Assembly: GCA_963674745.2 (NCBI GenBank)
Contig: CAXXDV010000001.1
Coordinates: 256,001 to 320,000 of the forward strand
Direction of reading: 5' to 3'
Source: Desulfosudaceae bacterium
GTDB lineage: Bacteria > Desulfobacterota > Desulfobacteria > Desulfobacterales > Desulfosudaceae
Length of the DNA: 64,000 nt
The translations under genes were made by a program, and so were the position numbers. Positions 45,518 to 55,666 of the stretch are shown piece by piece. Positions within the stretch are counted from its first letter, which is position 1, and each line of letters opens with the position of its first letter. The notes beneath the pieces were generated by a model, which was not told where the DNA came from, ran no database searches, and was given only the letters and a program-made list of their open reading frames with translations.

Positions 45518-46600
45518 TTAAGCCTCCGTAAAATCCATCGGCGGCGTTCTCAAAAACGCTCTGAACTGGGATTTATCGTTGGCCTTATTGTACGCCTCCT
45601 CGGCGCTGATCCATCCTTTCTGGTACAACCCCATAATAGCGTCATCGAGAAGCTGCATGCCATATTTTTTCCCGGTCTGCATGGATGAAGGCAATTGATG
45701 GGTTTTGGCCTCCCGGATCAGGTTACGAACCGCCGGGGTGGCGATCATGATCTCCGGTGCCACGCACCGGCCCGGCTTGTCTACCCGCTTGAAAAGCACC
45801 TGAGACACCACCGCCCGGATACCGTCGGACAGGGTCGACCGGACCTGTTCCTGTTGCTCGGAAGGAAAAATTTCAATAACGCGATCCACGGTCTTGGCGG
45901 CGCTGCTGGTATGGACCGTCCCGAAAACCAGATGCCCTGTCGAGGCGGCTTCAATGGCCAGAGAGGTCGTTTCCAGGTCCCGCATCTCGCCGACCAGAAT
46001 AATGTCCGGGTCCTCACGCAAAGCCCCCCGAAGGGCCGCAGAGAAGGACTTGGTATGAACGCCCACTTCACGATGACTGACCGTGCACAACTTGGGCTCA
46101 TGCACAAATTCGATAGGGTCTTCAACGGTAATGATATTGTCTTTACGGGTTCTGTTGGCCTCGTCAATGATCGCGGCCAGCGTGGTTGATTTGCCGCTGC
46201 CGGTCGGTCCGGTGACCAGGACAAGCCCTCTCGGCAGGGAAGCCAGCTTGCCGATAACCTTTGGCAGGCCCAGTTGATCCGTTGTCAGGATCGTACTGGG
46301 AATTTCCCGGAATACAGCGCCGATGCCGCCGCGATGCATATAGAAATTGGCCCGGTACCTGGCCAGGCCCTGAATTTCATAACCGAAATCGACGTCGCCG
46401 GTTTCTTCAAACACCTTGGTCTTTTCTTCCGGTGTGATTTCATACAGCATCCCGCGCAGGCCATCCTCATCCAGGACATCGTAGTTTACACGCTCAATAT
46501 CCCCCCTGATTCTAAGGGCCGGCTTCAAACCACTGACCAGATGCAAGTCCGATGCGCCCTGCTCGTGCATCAATTTAAAAAACGCGTCAATCTTCGCCAT
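45518..46600 (-). CDS. pilT: Type IV pilus retraction ATPase PilT
   Basis: ASDLHL, GPTGSGKST, ALREDPD, AVRNLIRE; ATG after GGAGG. Confidence 0.93.
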   Translation of the reverse strand: MAKIDAFFKLMHEQGASDLHLVSGLKPALRIRGDIERVNYDVLDEDGLRGMLYEITPEEKTKVFEETGDVDFGYEIQGLARYRANFYMHRGGIGAVFREIPSTILTTDQLGLPKVIGKLASLPRGLVLVTGPTGSGKSTTLAAIIDEANRTRKDNIITVEDPIEFVHEPKLCTVSHREVGVHTKSFSAALRGALREDPDIILVGEMRDLETTSLAIEAASTGHLVFGTVHTSSAAKTVDRVIEIFPSEQQEQVRSTLSDGIRAVVSQVLFKRVDKPGRCVAPEIMIATPAVRNLIREAKTHQLPSSMQTGKKYGMQLLDDAIMGLYQKGWISAEEAYNKANDKSQFRAFLRTPPMDFTEA

Positions 46601-46667
46601 ACGCAACCTCCGGCCGTTTTACAACCGCCATCCACATTAATTTGATTATAATCACAAGCCGGCCGGG

Positions 46668-46967
46668 CTATACCAGCCGCTGTGCCAGCATCACCATGCT
46701 GTTAACGACAAACCGCTGAAGAAAAACAATCCCAAGGATCACAATAATCGGGGAAAAATCGATCCCCCCGTAAATCACGGGCAGCTTCGACCGGATCTGA
46801 TATAACACAGGCTCCGTAATATTCCGGATAAAGCGAACAATCGGGTTATATGGATCCGGGCTGACCCATGACAGAACCGCCTGGGCGATAATGATATACA
46901 TATACAATGTCAACACCATCTGCAGCACTTCAGCCGCCGCTATCAAGAAATTTGCCAGAATAAACAT
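46668..46967 (-). CDS. YggT-family membrane protein
   Basis: LSWVSPDPYNPIV...TEP...GIDFSP. Confidence 0.9.
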   Translation of the reverse strand: MFILANFLIAAAEVLQMVLTLYMYIIIAQAVLSWVSPDPYNPIVRFIRNITEPVLYQIRSKLPVIYGGIDFSPIIVILGIVFLQRFVVNSMVMLAQRLV

Positions 46968-47084
46968 AGGGTTAAACCGTATCGAAATATATTTTAATGA
47001 TTTAGATCAATTATCAGGTCATCTTTATGCAGCATGTAATAATGTAAATGTACCCTGACAAATAGTCAAGCATTCAATGATATC

Positions 47085-47366
47085 TCATATGACGACCGTG
47101 CGTCCGTCGATGATAAGCGAAAGCGGGCCGGTGCCGTCTCCCATCAGAACCACTTCATGGGCCTGGCCACCGGCAAGCTCCCGGTAATCGGCCCGGAGCC
47201 TTGAAAAATCGCAGGTTTCAAGGGCCTTTCTCAAAAGTTCAAGTTTTTTCTCAGCACTGTCGTCCCCGGCAGCCGATTTAAGGCAGGTTGAAAGAAGACG
47301 GTTATATTGCCGCCGGGTCTCGGTCTGGATGCAGTGTTTCGAAAGGTCAAGCGGAATGCGTATCAT
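47085..47366 (-). CDS. Hypothetical protein
   Basis: ORF in an operon-like run (IPLDLSKHCIQTE...DFSRLR). Confidence 0.6.
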   Translation of the reverse strand: MIRIPLDLSKHCIQTETRRQYNRLLSTCLKSAAGDDSAEKKLELLRKALETCDFSRLRADYRELAGGQAHEVVLMGDGTGPLSLIIDGRTVVI

Positions 47367-47436
47367 GGCTGCCCGGCAAGAGAAGATACGATTAAAAAAC
47401 ATGCCTGCCAAAACATGTGTTCAGGCAATGGCAACG

Positions 47437-47895
47437 TTACCAGGCGAGGGAGCTGTGAATCCAGCCTGCATCTCCGTCGGCATGCTGGATGTTGATCCAT
47501 GCCCCCTTACTTTTTAAACATCTGAAGGGCACGCCCTGCTTGGCCCGAAAAACAACCGGGAAATCCGTTCCCGGTCCTGAACGGACATTACAGTTTTTCT
47601 TTTTAACCACAACGGTTTTGGTTTTATCCAGCAATGAATTGTGTACCCAGCCCTTGTCACCTTCAAAATCTTCAACTTTATACCACTTTTCTTTTTTTTC
47701 GAGCACGGTGAAGGGATAATAACGTTCCACTTTCCAGATAACGTCAAAATCTGTTCCCGGACCACTGCGGATGTTGGCAATCGCACCGGAGACGGCATAA
47801 CGCTCCGCGCCCGATGCGATGTCCGGAAGGGAAAACGCAGCCAGACATAAAATCAGCGCCAGAATGATTTTTTCTGTTTTTGTATTTGATATCAT
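47437..47895 (-). CDS. Exported tandem bacterial SH3-domain protein
   Basis: Signal peptide; two NI/VRSGPGT...GWV/IH repeats. Confidence 0.85.
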   Translation of the reverse strand: MISNTKTEKIILALILCLAAFSLPDIASGAERYAVSGAIANIRSGPGTDFDVIWKVERYYPFTVLEKKEKWYKVEDFEGDKGWVHNSLLDKTKTVVVKKKNCNVRSGPGTDFPVVFRAKQGVPFRCLKSKGAWINIQHADGDAGWIHSSLAW

Positions 47896-47935
47896 GGCCA
47901 AATTAAATGGTGTACGCCTAAAAAGTCAAAATTGT

Positions 47936-47982
47936 AATGGTTTCGTAAAAAGTTCAAAAATTATTTTTTTTACGGAACCATC
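47936..47982. repeat. Minimal palindromic element of the GATGGCTTCGTAAAA family
   Basis: ATGGTTTCGTAAAAA...TTTTTACGGAACCAT. Confidence 0.65.
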
Positions 47983-47985
47983 AGG

Positions 47986-48612
47986 CTATACCTGATGAAA
48001 AATCATGCCCGGTAATTCCAGGCAGGTCAACTGATAGCCATAAACGGCTCCCGTATCAATTCCGATCTTATTGTCTTGAATCAGCACTTCAGTATACGGT
48101 GTATGCCCGAAAACAACAAGCTTGCCGAAATCATAGCTCGAATCAATGAACGACTTACGGATCCACAACAGATCCTCAGCTTTCTGATGTTCGAGGGGGA
48201 TACCTTCCCGCAGGCCGGCATGAACAAAAATATAATCATCGGTCTCATAATACAGCTGAAGACAATTAAAAAAATCAAGATGTGCCTGAGGAACCGAGAC
48301 ATTCCCCTTGTCATTCGTATAGGCTTTAAGGGTCTGTTCGCCACCGTTAAACAAAAAAGTGATTTCATCTTCTCCGGAAAGGTAATTGAAGAACATCTCC
48401 TCATGATTGCCTTTTAAGAAAACAATGTTGCTGTGTTGTTTTCTCAACCCGGCCAGATAATCAACAACCTGGTAGGAGTCCTCACCCCGATCAATATAAT
48501 CTCCCAGAAAAACCAGTGTGTCTTTATCATAACTGATCTTGAGCTTTCCCATAAGCTCTTTCAGCTTTTGATAACTTCCATGTATATCGCCGACCGCAAA
48601 AATTTTCCCCAT
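47986..48612 (-). CDS. Calcineurin-like Ser/Thr phosphatase (metallophosphoesterase)
   Basis: GDIHG, GDYIDRG, GNHE, HAG, GHT, IDTG. Confidence 0.93.
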   Translation of the reverse strand: MGKIFAVGDIHGSYQKLKELMGKLKISYDKDTLVFLGDYIDRGEDSYQVVDYLAGLRKQHSNIVFLKGNHEEMFFNYLSGEDEITFLFNGGEQTLKAYTNDKGNVSVPQAHLDFFNCLQLYYETDDYIFVHAGLREGIPLEHQKAEDLLWIRKSFIDSSYDFGKLVVFGHTPYTEVLIQDNKIGIDTGAVYGYQLTCLELPGMIFHQV

Positions 48613-48719
48613 GATCCTACTTACATCGCTAAAGGTTTTATGCCTGCCAAAGCATTAATTGTCTGGTAACATCAATATATTATCTCAATTAAAATTCATA
48701 CCTTTTTTAAGAAAAAAAA

Positions 48720-50903
48720 TCAACCGCCAAAAAATAAAAGCCCCGTCCGATAAACCGCAAAGGAGACACACCAGGCGACAAGAGTGGAATATAGGATATT
48801 GAAAAACGCCCATTTAATTGAAGCGGTTTCCCGCATGATCATCAGGACCGTGGCCAGACAGGGAACGTAAAGCAGCACAAAAACCATCATCGACAGGGCC
48901 GACAGCGGTGTCATTCCTGAATTAATAAGGGCCTTGCCCAGGGCCGCCCGGCTATCTTCCTGGCCTTCAACCGCATGCAGGATCCCCATGGTACTGACCA
49001 CAATTTCCTTGGCCACAAAACCCGTCAACAGGGCCACGCTGCCACGCCAGTCAATGCCGATCGGCGCAAACACCGGCTCAATAAACCGGCCGATTTTTCC
49101 CATGTAAACGTTCTGTGTACGTTCTTTTTCCCGATCACGCAGGACGCGGTCTATGGCCCTATCCCGCCTGTCCATCAACAGTTTACGCCGGTTCTGGTCT
49201 GATTCCCGGGACAGTTCGGTATTATAATGCGTATGGATATCAGCCAGCATGCTTTCATAATCGGTTGAAAACCGGATATCCTGAGGGAATACGGTCAACA
49301 CCCAGATAATGATGGAACCGAAAAGAATGACCCCACCCATTTTTTTTAAAAATTGCCTGGCCCGATCCCACATGTGGATCAACAACCCCTTTATCATGGG
49401 GGCCCGATAAGGCGGCAGTTCCATGACGAAAGGGGCGTCCTCACCACGCAGCAGGGTCGACCGGAAAATCCTTCCGGAGACCATGGCGACAAGAATACCG
49501 GTCAAATAAATGAAAAAAATTACCGTTCCGGCACTGTTGGGGAAAAATGTCCCGGCCAGCACAATATAAACCGGCAGCCGGGCGGAACAGGACATGAACG
49601 GTGTAATCAGAATGGTCAGTATGCGATCCTTTCTGTTTTCCAGCGTACGGGTGGCCATTATAGCCGGAACACTGCAGCCGAACCCCATCAGCATGGGAAT
49701 AAAGGACTTACCGTGAAGGCCGATAATATGCATTATTCTGTCCATCAGGAAGGCTGCCCGGGCCATATAACCGGTGTCTTCGAAAAGCGCGATGCAGAAG
49801 AAAAGAATCAATATATTCGGCAGGAACACGGCCACACTGCCGACTCCGGCCATCACGCCGTTTACCAGAAAGTCCTTAAACAGACCGTCAGCAAGGAAAT
49901 GATTCATGAACAGCGACAGGAGCGCAAACCCCTTGTCAATCACCTCCATGGGAAAAGCGCCAATGGAAAACGTCAGCTGAAACATGAGCCAGATAAAAAA
50001 TATAAAAATCGGGAAACCCAGAAATTTGTTGGTCAGTAAAAGATCGATATTGCGGGACATATCGACACGATTTTTTTTGGTGACGGAGACGACCTCCCGG
50101 GTAATTCCGGCGATAAAGCCGTATCGTTCATCCGTCATAACGATTTCAATATCGTCATCATAAATGTCCGCCAGACGATTACGATGGGCTTCAGCCTTCT
50201 CCAGGATGGCCGTTCCCCAGGTCCCGGCCTCATTTCTGACCCGTTCGCAGATAATCTGGTCATGCTCGAGAAGCTTGATGGCAATCCAGCGGGTGCTGTA
50301 AAAAAGCCCGCCCTGATCGTCGATCATGGATTGAAGGTCTGCCAGGGCCCCTTCTATATCCCGATTATAGTGGACCCGTCTTTCGGGCAGCGCGGGCTTA
50401 CCCTCCTCGGCCAGAAGGATGGCCTTTTCCAGAATATCGGTGACGCCCTCTCCGCGGTTCCCGACGGTATAAACAATTTCAACGTCAAGCAACTCGGACA
50501 GTTTCCCGGCGTCAATGCGGACCCCTTTGGACTCGGCCAGGTCGGCCATGTTCAGAACAAACAGAACCTTGCAGTCCAGTTCCCTGATCTGGGTTGCCAG
50601 GTAAAGATTCCGTTCAATATTGGAAGCGTCTATAATATTAACGACCACATCCGGCGATTCATTAACAATAAAATCCCTGGCGATCACCTCTTCCACTGAA
50701 AAAGGCGTCAGGCTGTAAGTACCCGGCAGATCAATGATATGAATCTCACGCTCATCATGGTGTATAACCCCCTCTTTTTTTTCAACGGTCACACCCGGCC
50801 AGTTGCCGACTTTCTGTCGCGTACCTGTCAGAACGTTAAAAATGGTGGTCTTGCCGGCATTGGGGTTTCCGGTCAGCGCGATTTTAATATGCTTTTTACT
50901 CAT
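48720..50903 (-). CDS. feoB: Ferrous iron transporter FeoB
   Basis: GNPNAGKT, VGNWPGVTVE, DLPGTYSL, many TM segments. Confidence 0.97.
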   Translation of the reverse strand: MSKKHIKIALTGNPNAGKTTIFNVLTGTRQKVGNWPGVTVEKKEGVIHHDEREIHIIDLPGTYSLTPFSVEEVIARDFIVNESPDVVVNIIDASNIERNLYLATQIRELDCKVLFVLNMADLAESKGVRIDAGKLSELLDVEIVYTVGNRGEGVTDILEKAILLAEEGKPALPERRVHYNRDIEGALADLQSMIDDQGGLFYSTRWIAIKLLEHDQIICERVRNEAGTWGTAILEKAEAHRNRLADIYDDDIEIVMTDERYGFIAGITREVVSVTKKNRVDMSRNIDLLLTNKFLGFPIFIFFIWLMFQLTFSIGAFPMEVIDKGFALLSLFMNHFLADGLFKDFLVNGVMAGVGSVAVFLPNILILFFCIALFEDTGYMARAAFLMDRIMHIIGLHGKSFIPMLMGFGCSVPAIMATRTLENRKDRILTILITPFMSCSARLPVYIVLAGTFFPNSAGTVIFFIYLTGILVAMVSGRIFRSTLLRGEDAPFVMELPPYRAPMIKGLLIHMWDRARQFLKKMGGVILFGSIIIWVLTVFPQDIRFSTDYESMLADIHTHYNTELSRESDQNRRKLLMDRRDRAIDRVLRDREKERTQNVYMGKIGRFIEPVFAPIGIDWRGSVALLTGFVAKEIVVSTMGILHAVEGQEDSRAALGKALINSGMTPLSALSMMVFVLLYVPCLATVLMIMRETASIKWAFFNILYSTLVAWCVSFAVYRTGLLFFGG

Positions 50904-50906
50904 GCG

Positions 50907-51158
50907 CTATGCTTTATGGCTGTCTGTCACGTCTGTAACCGTTATCAGAGCAGCCTCCTCCACGCGAAGTGAAATGGAATATCCTTTAATGAAAAGCTCA
51001 ATAGGGTCCTTGAGGGGGGCGTATTTTTCCACGTAAACGACAGTGCCTTTAACCAGCCCCATCTCAAGCAACCGCCTGCGGAAAGCGCCTTTACCGCCTA
51101 CCCGGAAAATGGTGGCTGACTGACCTTCTTTAATTTCGTTCAGCTGCATCGACGTCAC
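50907..51158 (-). CDS. feoA: FeoA-family protein
   Basis: RRLLEMGLVKG, APLKDPI, SLRVEEA. Confidence 0.93.
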   Translation of the reverse strand: MTSMQLNEIKEGQSATIFRVGGKGAFRRRLLEMGLVKGTVVYVEKYAPLKDPIELFIKGYSISLRVEEAALITVTDVTDSHKA

Positions 51159-51248
51159 TTCTCACAACGTTAATAAAACCATAGTAAAACTTTATATATT
51201 TATCAAAATTCTTAACCGATCACAAGAGAATATAATGAAGAGCGGCGC

Positions 51249-51929
51249 TTATTTGCCGGCGGGCTTGACCTGAATTTTTTTTGCCAGCCCCCGGCCGATG
51301 GCATATCGTTTATTTCCGGTGGCCACGACCAGCTGCCCGGTGGGGTCGCTGGTGATGACATCCAGGACATCCCCCACCCGGAGCCCCATGGACATCAAAC
51401 GCATACGCGCGTTGGAACCGCCGGTAAAATCATCGATTGAGACTTTTTCGCCCTGCTTGGCGCGAACCAGGGGAACAATCATATCCCGCTTGTTCAGACA
51501 GTCGGCACAGATGCCGTATATTTCCATGCGGTGCTGAAGCATATGAAATCCATGAGTCGCCGCCACCTCTTCCTGAAGCTGCTCCAGCTGATCATCCACA
51601 AACTCCAGAATTTTTCCGCATTTCATACAAATCATATGGTCATGATGGTCTTCCAGATGCCGTTTTTCATAACGAATGGCACCGTCCTCAAACCGATGCT
51701 TGTATGCGAATCCGTAATGGCAAAGCATCTTGAGCGTATCCCGGATAAAAGCCGTGTCAAAATCATACCCGTTTTCCGCTAAAATCACTTTTAATTCCGA
51801 TACGGTTAAATGGCAATCGGTTTGCAAAAAAACTTCCAGGATGGCCAGGCGGCCATCAAAATCCTTGAGTTCTTCTTCATTAAACAGCTTTTTAAACTGT
51901 TTTTTTTCCCGCTCGTGTAATCTTTTCAT
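51249..51929 (-). CDS. Fur-family regulator fused to a C-terminal FeoA domain
   Basis: HHDHMICMKCG...YGICADC followed by RLMSMGLRVGD...AIGRGLAKKI. Confidence 0.88.
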   Translation of the reverse strand: MKRLHEREKKQFKKLFNEEELKDFDGRLAILEVFLQTDCHLTVSELKVILAENGYDFDTAFIRDTLKMLCHYGFAYKHRFEDGAIRYEKRHLEDHHDHMICMKCGKILEFVDDQLEQLQEEVAATHGFHMLQHRMEIYGICADCLNKRDMIVPLVRAKQGEKVSIDDFTGGSNARMRLMSMGLRVGDVLDVITSDPTGQLVVATGNKRYAIGRGLAKKIQVKPAGK

Positions 51930-52277
51930 ATCCGTTTTCTTCCTGATCGTCCCTAAAAAAACGCCTGCCCGACGATTGTCTCTGCGAGGCATATTACAGC
52001 CGGCAGCACAAGTCAACCCACCGCCGGGGACGCCTTTTTCTACTTGTTTAGTATATTATTTTCTGATATTATAATTAAATTTGTAAAATTGTAAACTATC
52101 GAATAATATTGTTTCGAGTCTCAACCGGGCACTGCTCGGAACCAAACTCGTAAGTAACACGAGTCCTTTTGTAACTTTAAGGGTTTTAAGGTTTTAAAGT
52201 GTTAAAGTTTTAGGTTGTTATGTGATTAGCGGTTTTAACCGTTAATACAATTTTGTTATCAAAATCGAAGATATATC

Positions 52278-53135
52278 ATGGATAAGCTTACTCAGAAAAT
52301 CGGTTTTATCGGTGGCGGTAACATGGCCGAAGCCATTGCTGGGGCGCTGATCAACGCCGGCATCAGCTCCCCGGCACAATTGATGGCCAGTGACCTCAGT
52401 CCCGATCGGCAGGCATACCTGAGAAATACTTACGGCATTAATGCCGTTGCGGATAACAGCGAGGTGTTTCTTGACTGCGATGTGGTGATTCTGGCGGTCA
52501 AACCCCAGGTGATAGACGCTGTTCTGACACAACTGGGCGATCTGCTGGCTGAGAATAAGCCTCTTGATGCCAGAAAACTGATCATCTCCGTGGCCGCCGG
52601 CATTCCCATTCAAAAAATTGAAGACCGGCTGTACGCCGGAATTGATGATATGGCAGCAGCCGGGCTTCCCATTATCCGTGTCATGCCCAATACACCCGCC
52701 CTGGTAATGGCCGGCATGAGCGGCATCAGTGTTAACCGTAACGTAACCCCCGGCGACAAAGCCGTTGCCATGGCCATCCTGACTGCGATCGGCAATGTCC
52801 TGGAATTTAAAGAAGATGATCTTAACGCGGTCACGGCGGTATCCGGTTCTGGCCCGGCTTACGTGTTTTACCTGATTGAAGCCATGATTGAAGCCGGCGT
52901 TTCCCTGGGACTTTCGGAATCCGACGCTTCCGCCCTGACCCTGCAGACGGTCAAGGGCGCCGTGAAGCTGCTTGAGGAGCGGCAGGAGCCCCCGCAGGAA
53001 TTACGCCGCAAGGTCACGTCTCCCGGAGGGACAACCGAGGCTGCCATTTCGGTCCTGGACGACGAAAAAGTCAAAAAACATATTATCGCCGCCTTGACGG
53101 CGGCCTGCCGTCGGGCACATGAACTCAGCGGCTGA
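52278..53135 (+). CDS. proC: Pyrroline-5-carboxylate reductase
   Basis: GFIGGGNMA, RVMPNTP, SGSGPAY, VTSPGGTT. Confidence 0.97.
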   Translation: MDKLTQKIGFIGGGNMAEAIAGALINAGISSPAQLMASDLSPDRQAYLRNTYGINAVADNSEVFLDCDVVILAVKPQVIDAVLTQLGDLLAENKPLDARKLIISVAAGIPIQKIEDRLYAGIDDMAAAGLPIIRVMPNTPALVMAGMSGISVNRNVTPGDKAVAMAILTAIGNVLEFKEDDLNAVTAVSGSGPAYVFYLIEAMIEAGVSLGLSESDASALTLQTVKGAVKLLEERQEPPQELRRKVTSPGGTTEAAISVLDDEKVKKHIIAALTAACRRAHELSG

Positions 53136-53186
53136 TCCGCAGTCATCAGCTTACATTTTCCGCCGGCAGCGAAAAGGAAAAATTTA

Positions 53187-53891
53187 GTGTTTGGAGATAC
53201 CGTTACAATGTCGGCCGCTTTTGGCGCCGGCCTGCTTTCTTTTCTGACACCCTGTGTGTTCCCTTTGATTCCGGTCTATTTTACTTTAATTACCGGCCTG
53301 TCTTTAGAGGACCTGACCACTGAAACCCGGGCCCAGCTTCGACTGAAGGTGTTCATTTCAACCCTGGCCTTTGTCCTGGGTTTTTCAACCATTTTTGTTC
53401 TTCTGGGCGGTCTGGCCTCATTTCTGGGTGGTCATATTGTTAAATATCGTATGGGGCTGCAAATCACAGGCGGTATCCTGATCATTGTGCTTGGCGTCCA
53501 TCTGACCGGTATTATTCGTCTTCCCTGGCTTGAAACCGAAAAGCGGCTACAGATCAAAAAAAGCAAGGTCCACTTTCTTGAAGCCGTGATCGGGGCCTTC
53601 ATCGCGGGTATGGCTTTTTCAGCCGGCTGGACCCCCTGCATCGGTCCCATCCTGGGGTCCATCCTGATCGTTGCCGGCAACGAGACCACCGTTTTAAGGG
53701 GCATGTTGCTGCTGTCCGTATTTTCAGCCGGCCTTGCCCTCCCATTTCTATTACTATCCGTTTTTATTGATTTTTTACTTGAAGTCATCAAGAGAGGCCG
53801 CCGTGTGATCCAATTTATCAACCCCGTGGCAGGGGCCTTAATGATTGCCGTGGGGTTATATTTACTCATCGGTGTTTTAAAAACCATCTAA
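53187..53891 (+). CDS. ccdA: Cytochrome c biogenesis thiol-disulfide transporter CcdA
   Basis: SFLTPCVFPL, GWTPCIGPIL. Confidence 0.9.
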   Translation: MFGDTVTMSAAFGAGLLSFLTPCVFPLIPVYFTLITGLSLEDLTTETRAQLRLKVFISTLAFVLGFSTIFVLLGGLASFLGGHIVKYRMGLQITGGILIIVLGVHLTGIIRLPWLETEKRLQIKKSKVHFLEAVIGAFIAGMAFSAGWTPCIGPILGSILIVAGNETTVLRGMLLLSVFSAGLALPFLLLSVFIDFLLEVIKRGRRVIQFINPVAGALMIAVGLYLLIGVLKTI

Positions 53892-53908
53892 ACGCGATTG
53901 GATTTGAT

Positions 53909-54373
53909 ATGCAGTATTCAATATTTTACCGTTGTCTGTGCACCCTGCTGACATGTGTTCTTTTGTTCTGTATTAGCGGGGCTGATTCTGCTGCGGCCGA
54001 ACAGAAAGAATCAACCGCCGGCCTCAAAACCATTGAGTGGTTGTCTTATGAAAACGGACTGGCCCGGGCCAAAGCGCAAAACAAAAAAACGTTTATCTAT
54101 TTTTATACCGGCAGATGCCCTTACTGCACCATGATGGAGAAAAAAACACTTTCTGACGAAAGTGTGATTGCGCTTTTGAAAGAAAAATTTGCCTGCGTCA
54201 GGGTAAATCTGAACGAATCACCGTCACTGGGCGCCATATACCCGGTCAGTGGTGTACCCACAGCATGGTTTCTGGAGAGCAACGGCAATAAAATCGGCGG
54301 CCGCCCCGGATTCATCCCGGCGAAAAATTTTCTTGAAATGCTGAATTTCATCATTGATGAAAAATACAAATAA
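53909..54373 (+). CDS. Exported thioredoxin-fold protein
   Basis: Signal peptide, CPYC, cis-Pro VPT. Confidence 0.85.
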   Translation: MQYSIFYRCLCTLLTCVLLFCISGADSAAAEQKESTAGLKTIEWLSYENGLARAKAQNKKTFIYFYTGRCPYCTMMEKKTLSDESVIALLKEKFACVRVNLNESPSLGAIYPVSGVPTAWFLESNGNKIGGRPGFIPAKNFLEMLNFIIDEKYK

Positions 54374-54379
54374 CGGATC

Positions 54380-54979
54380 ATGTTGAAAATTGAAAAGCCG
54401 ACAATTAAAAGAGCCCTCCGGTCAACAAGTGGTCCACCGGCACCGTCATGGGCCCATCGGCCGGCAAGTGTCTCTCTGTTATTATTCGGTGAAGAAACAA
54501 CCCATATTCTGGCGATTTTAAAGGCCGATAACCAGGGATACGTCTGGCGGAATCAGATCGCCTTACCCGGCGGGCGAATAGAGGAAGACGATCCGGACGC
54601 ACTGTCCACGGCTGTCCGTGAATTAAAAGAAGAGCTGAATATCTCTGCGGAAAATGTGGAATACATCGGTTCCATGGGACATTTTGTGACCCTGCAGGAC
54701 ACGGTTATCGAAGTTTTTGTGGGCATCTGGAACCAGCGGGACACAATCTACTTTGACTCCCGTGAAATATCTAAAGTCCTTGAGATTCCTTTGGAATCAA
54801 TTGTCAGCACGCACCTTGACAAACAGTTGAACGGTCGTCTCCCGGCCATGGAAGAGTTGCTCTATCCCTTCGAGGGCATGGTCGTCTGGGGCGTTACCGC
54901 AAAAATTCTGCATCATTTTATCGAGCGGTTGTATCCCGAGCTGAACATCTCAACTGCACGGAACGTGGTTGACGGCTGA
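54380..54979 (+). CDS. Nudix CoA-pyrophosphatase-like hydrolase
   Basis: ALPGG...AVRELKEEL Nudix box, VWGVTA. Confidence 0.85.
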   Translation: MLKIEKPTIKRALRSTSGPPAPSWAHRPASVSLLLFGEETTHILAILKADNQGYVWRNQIALPGGRIEEDDPDALSTAVRELKEELNISAENVEYIGSMGHFVTLQDTVIEVFVGIWNQRDTIYFDSREISKVLEIPLESIVSTHLDKQLNGRLPAMEELLYPFEGMVVWGVTAKILHHFIERLYPELNISTARNVVDG

Positions 54980-55070
54980 TTTAACATGAAGGGTCAAGCG
55001 TTCGAGAGCCTGTCCCCAACAGTTTTTATCAGTGCATGCAACAGAAAAACATTTAGGAGGGCAGCCAGGC

Positions 55071-55341
55071 TAACCCGAATATTTCATGAATTTTTTTGAT
55101 ATTGAATTTATTATGATTACATTTCAATCTGTTATGACATATTTTATCCGTTTTGACAAAAGACAAACTGTAATTGTTGTTTTGAAGGAATCCGGTCAAT
55201 TTATATCAAAAAATTTCACCCTCCGGGCGAGCCGATTTCACCGCACCTGCTTTGTTGCAGCATACTCGCAGTAGTTCACTACAGCTTCACATGCTGCGCC
55301 TCGCATCTGCGGCAAACTCGACTCGTGAAATAACCGGGCTA
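55071..55341. mobile_element. ~270-bp MITE-like element
   Basis: Imperfect TIRs TAACCCGAATATTTCATGA / TCGTGAAATAACCGGGCTA; internal hairpin-rich segment ~55218-55327. Confidence 0.6.
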
Positions 55342-55611
55342 AAAGGAGCGGTATTTGTCGACTACCCTTTTCAACAAGCGGACACAACTGAACGTAATCA
55401 AGACAGCGCTCATGATCAGCAACAATCTGGGTACCCAGGCATAACCGCTGAATTTCGGCACATCTTTGGCCACCTGAATCCCGACCAGGGAAAAAACCGC
55501 TGTCCCCAGAGAGAACAATGCCAGGCAGATATAGACCGCCGTGGTGTCATACCAGGCCAGAATCTGTTTTTTTTCCAGAATCAGGCCGCTTGGGCGCATG
55601 TTTAAAGCCAT
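55339..55611 (-). CDS. Small two-TM membrane protein
   Basis: Two hydrophobic helices, WYD motif. Confidence 0.7.
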   Translation of the reverse strand: MALNMRPSGLILEKKQILAWYDTTAVYICLALFSLGTAVFSLVGIQVAKDVPKFSGYAWVPRLLLIMSAVLITFSCVRLLKRVVDKYRSF

Positions 55612-55666
55612 GATAATCAGGTTTTAAAGTTTTAGCGTTTTAGGTTTTAAAGTTTTAGGTTCAGGG

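Noticed and set aside
52095..52130. Possible Fur box upstream of fur-feoA
   Set aside because: Only a weak, partial palindrome; cannot be supported from sequence alone
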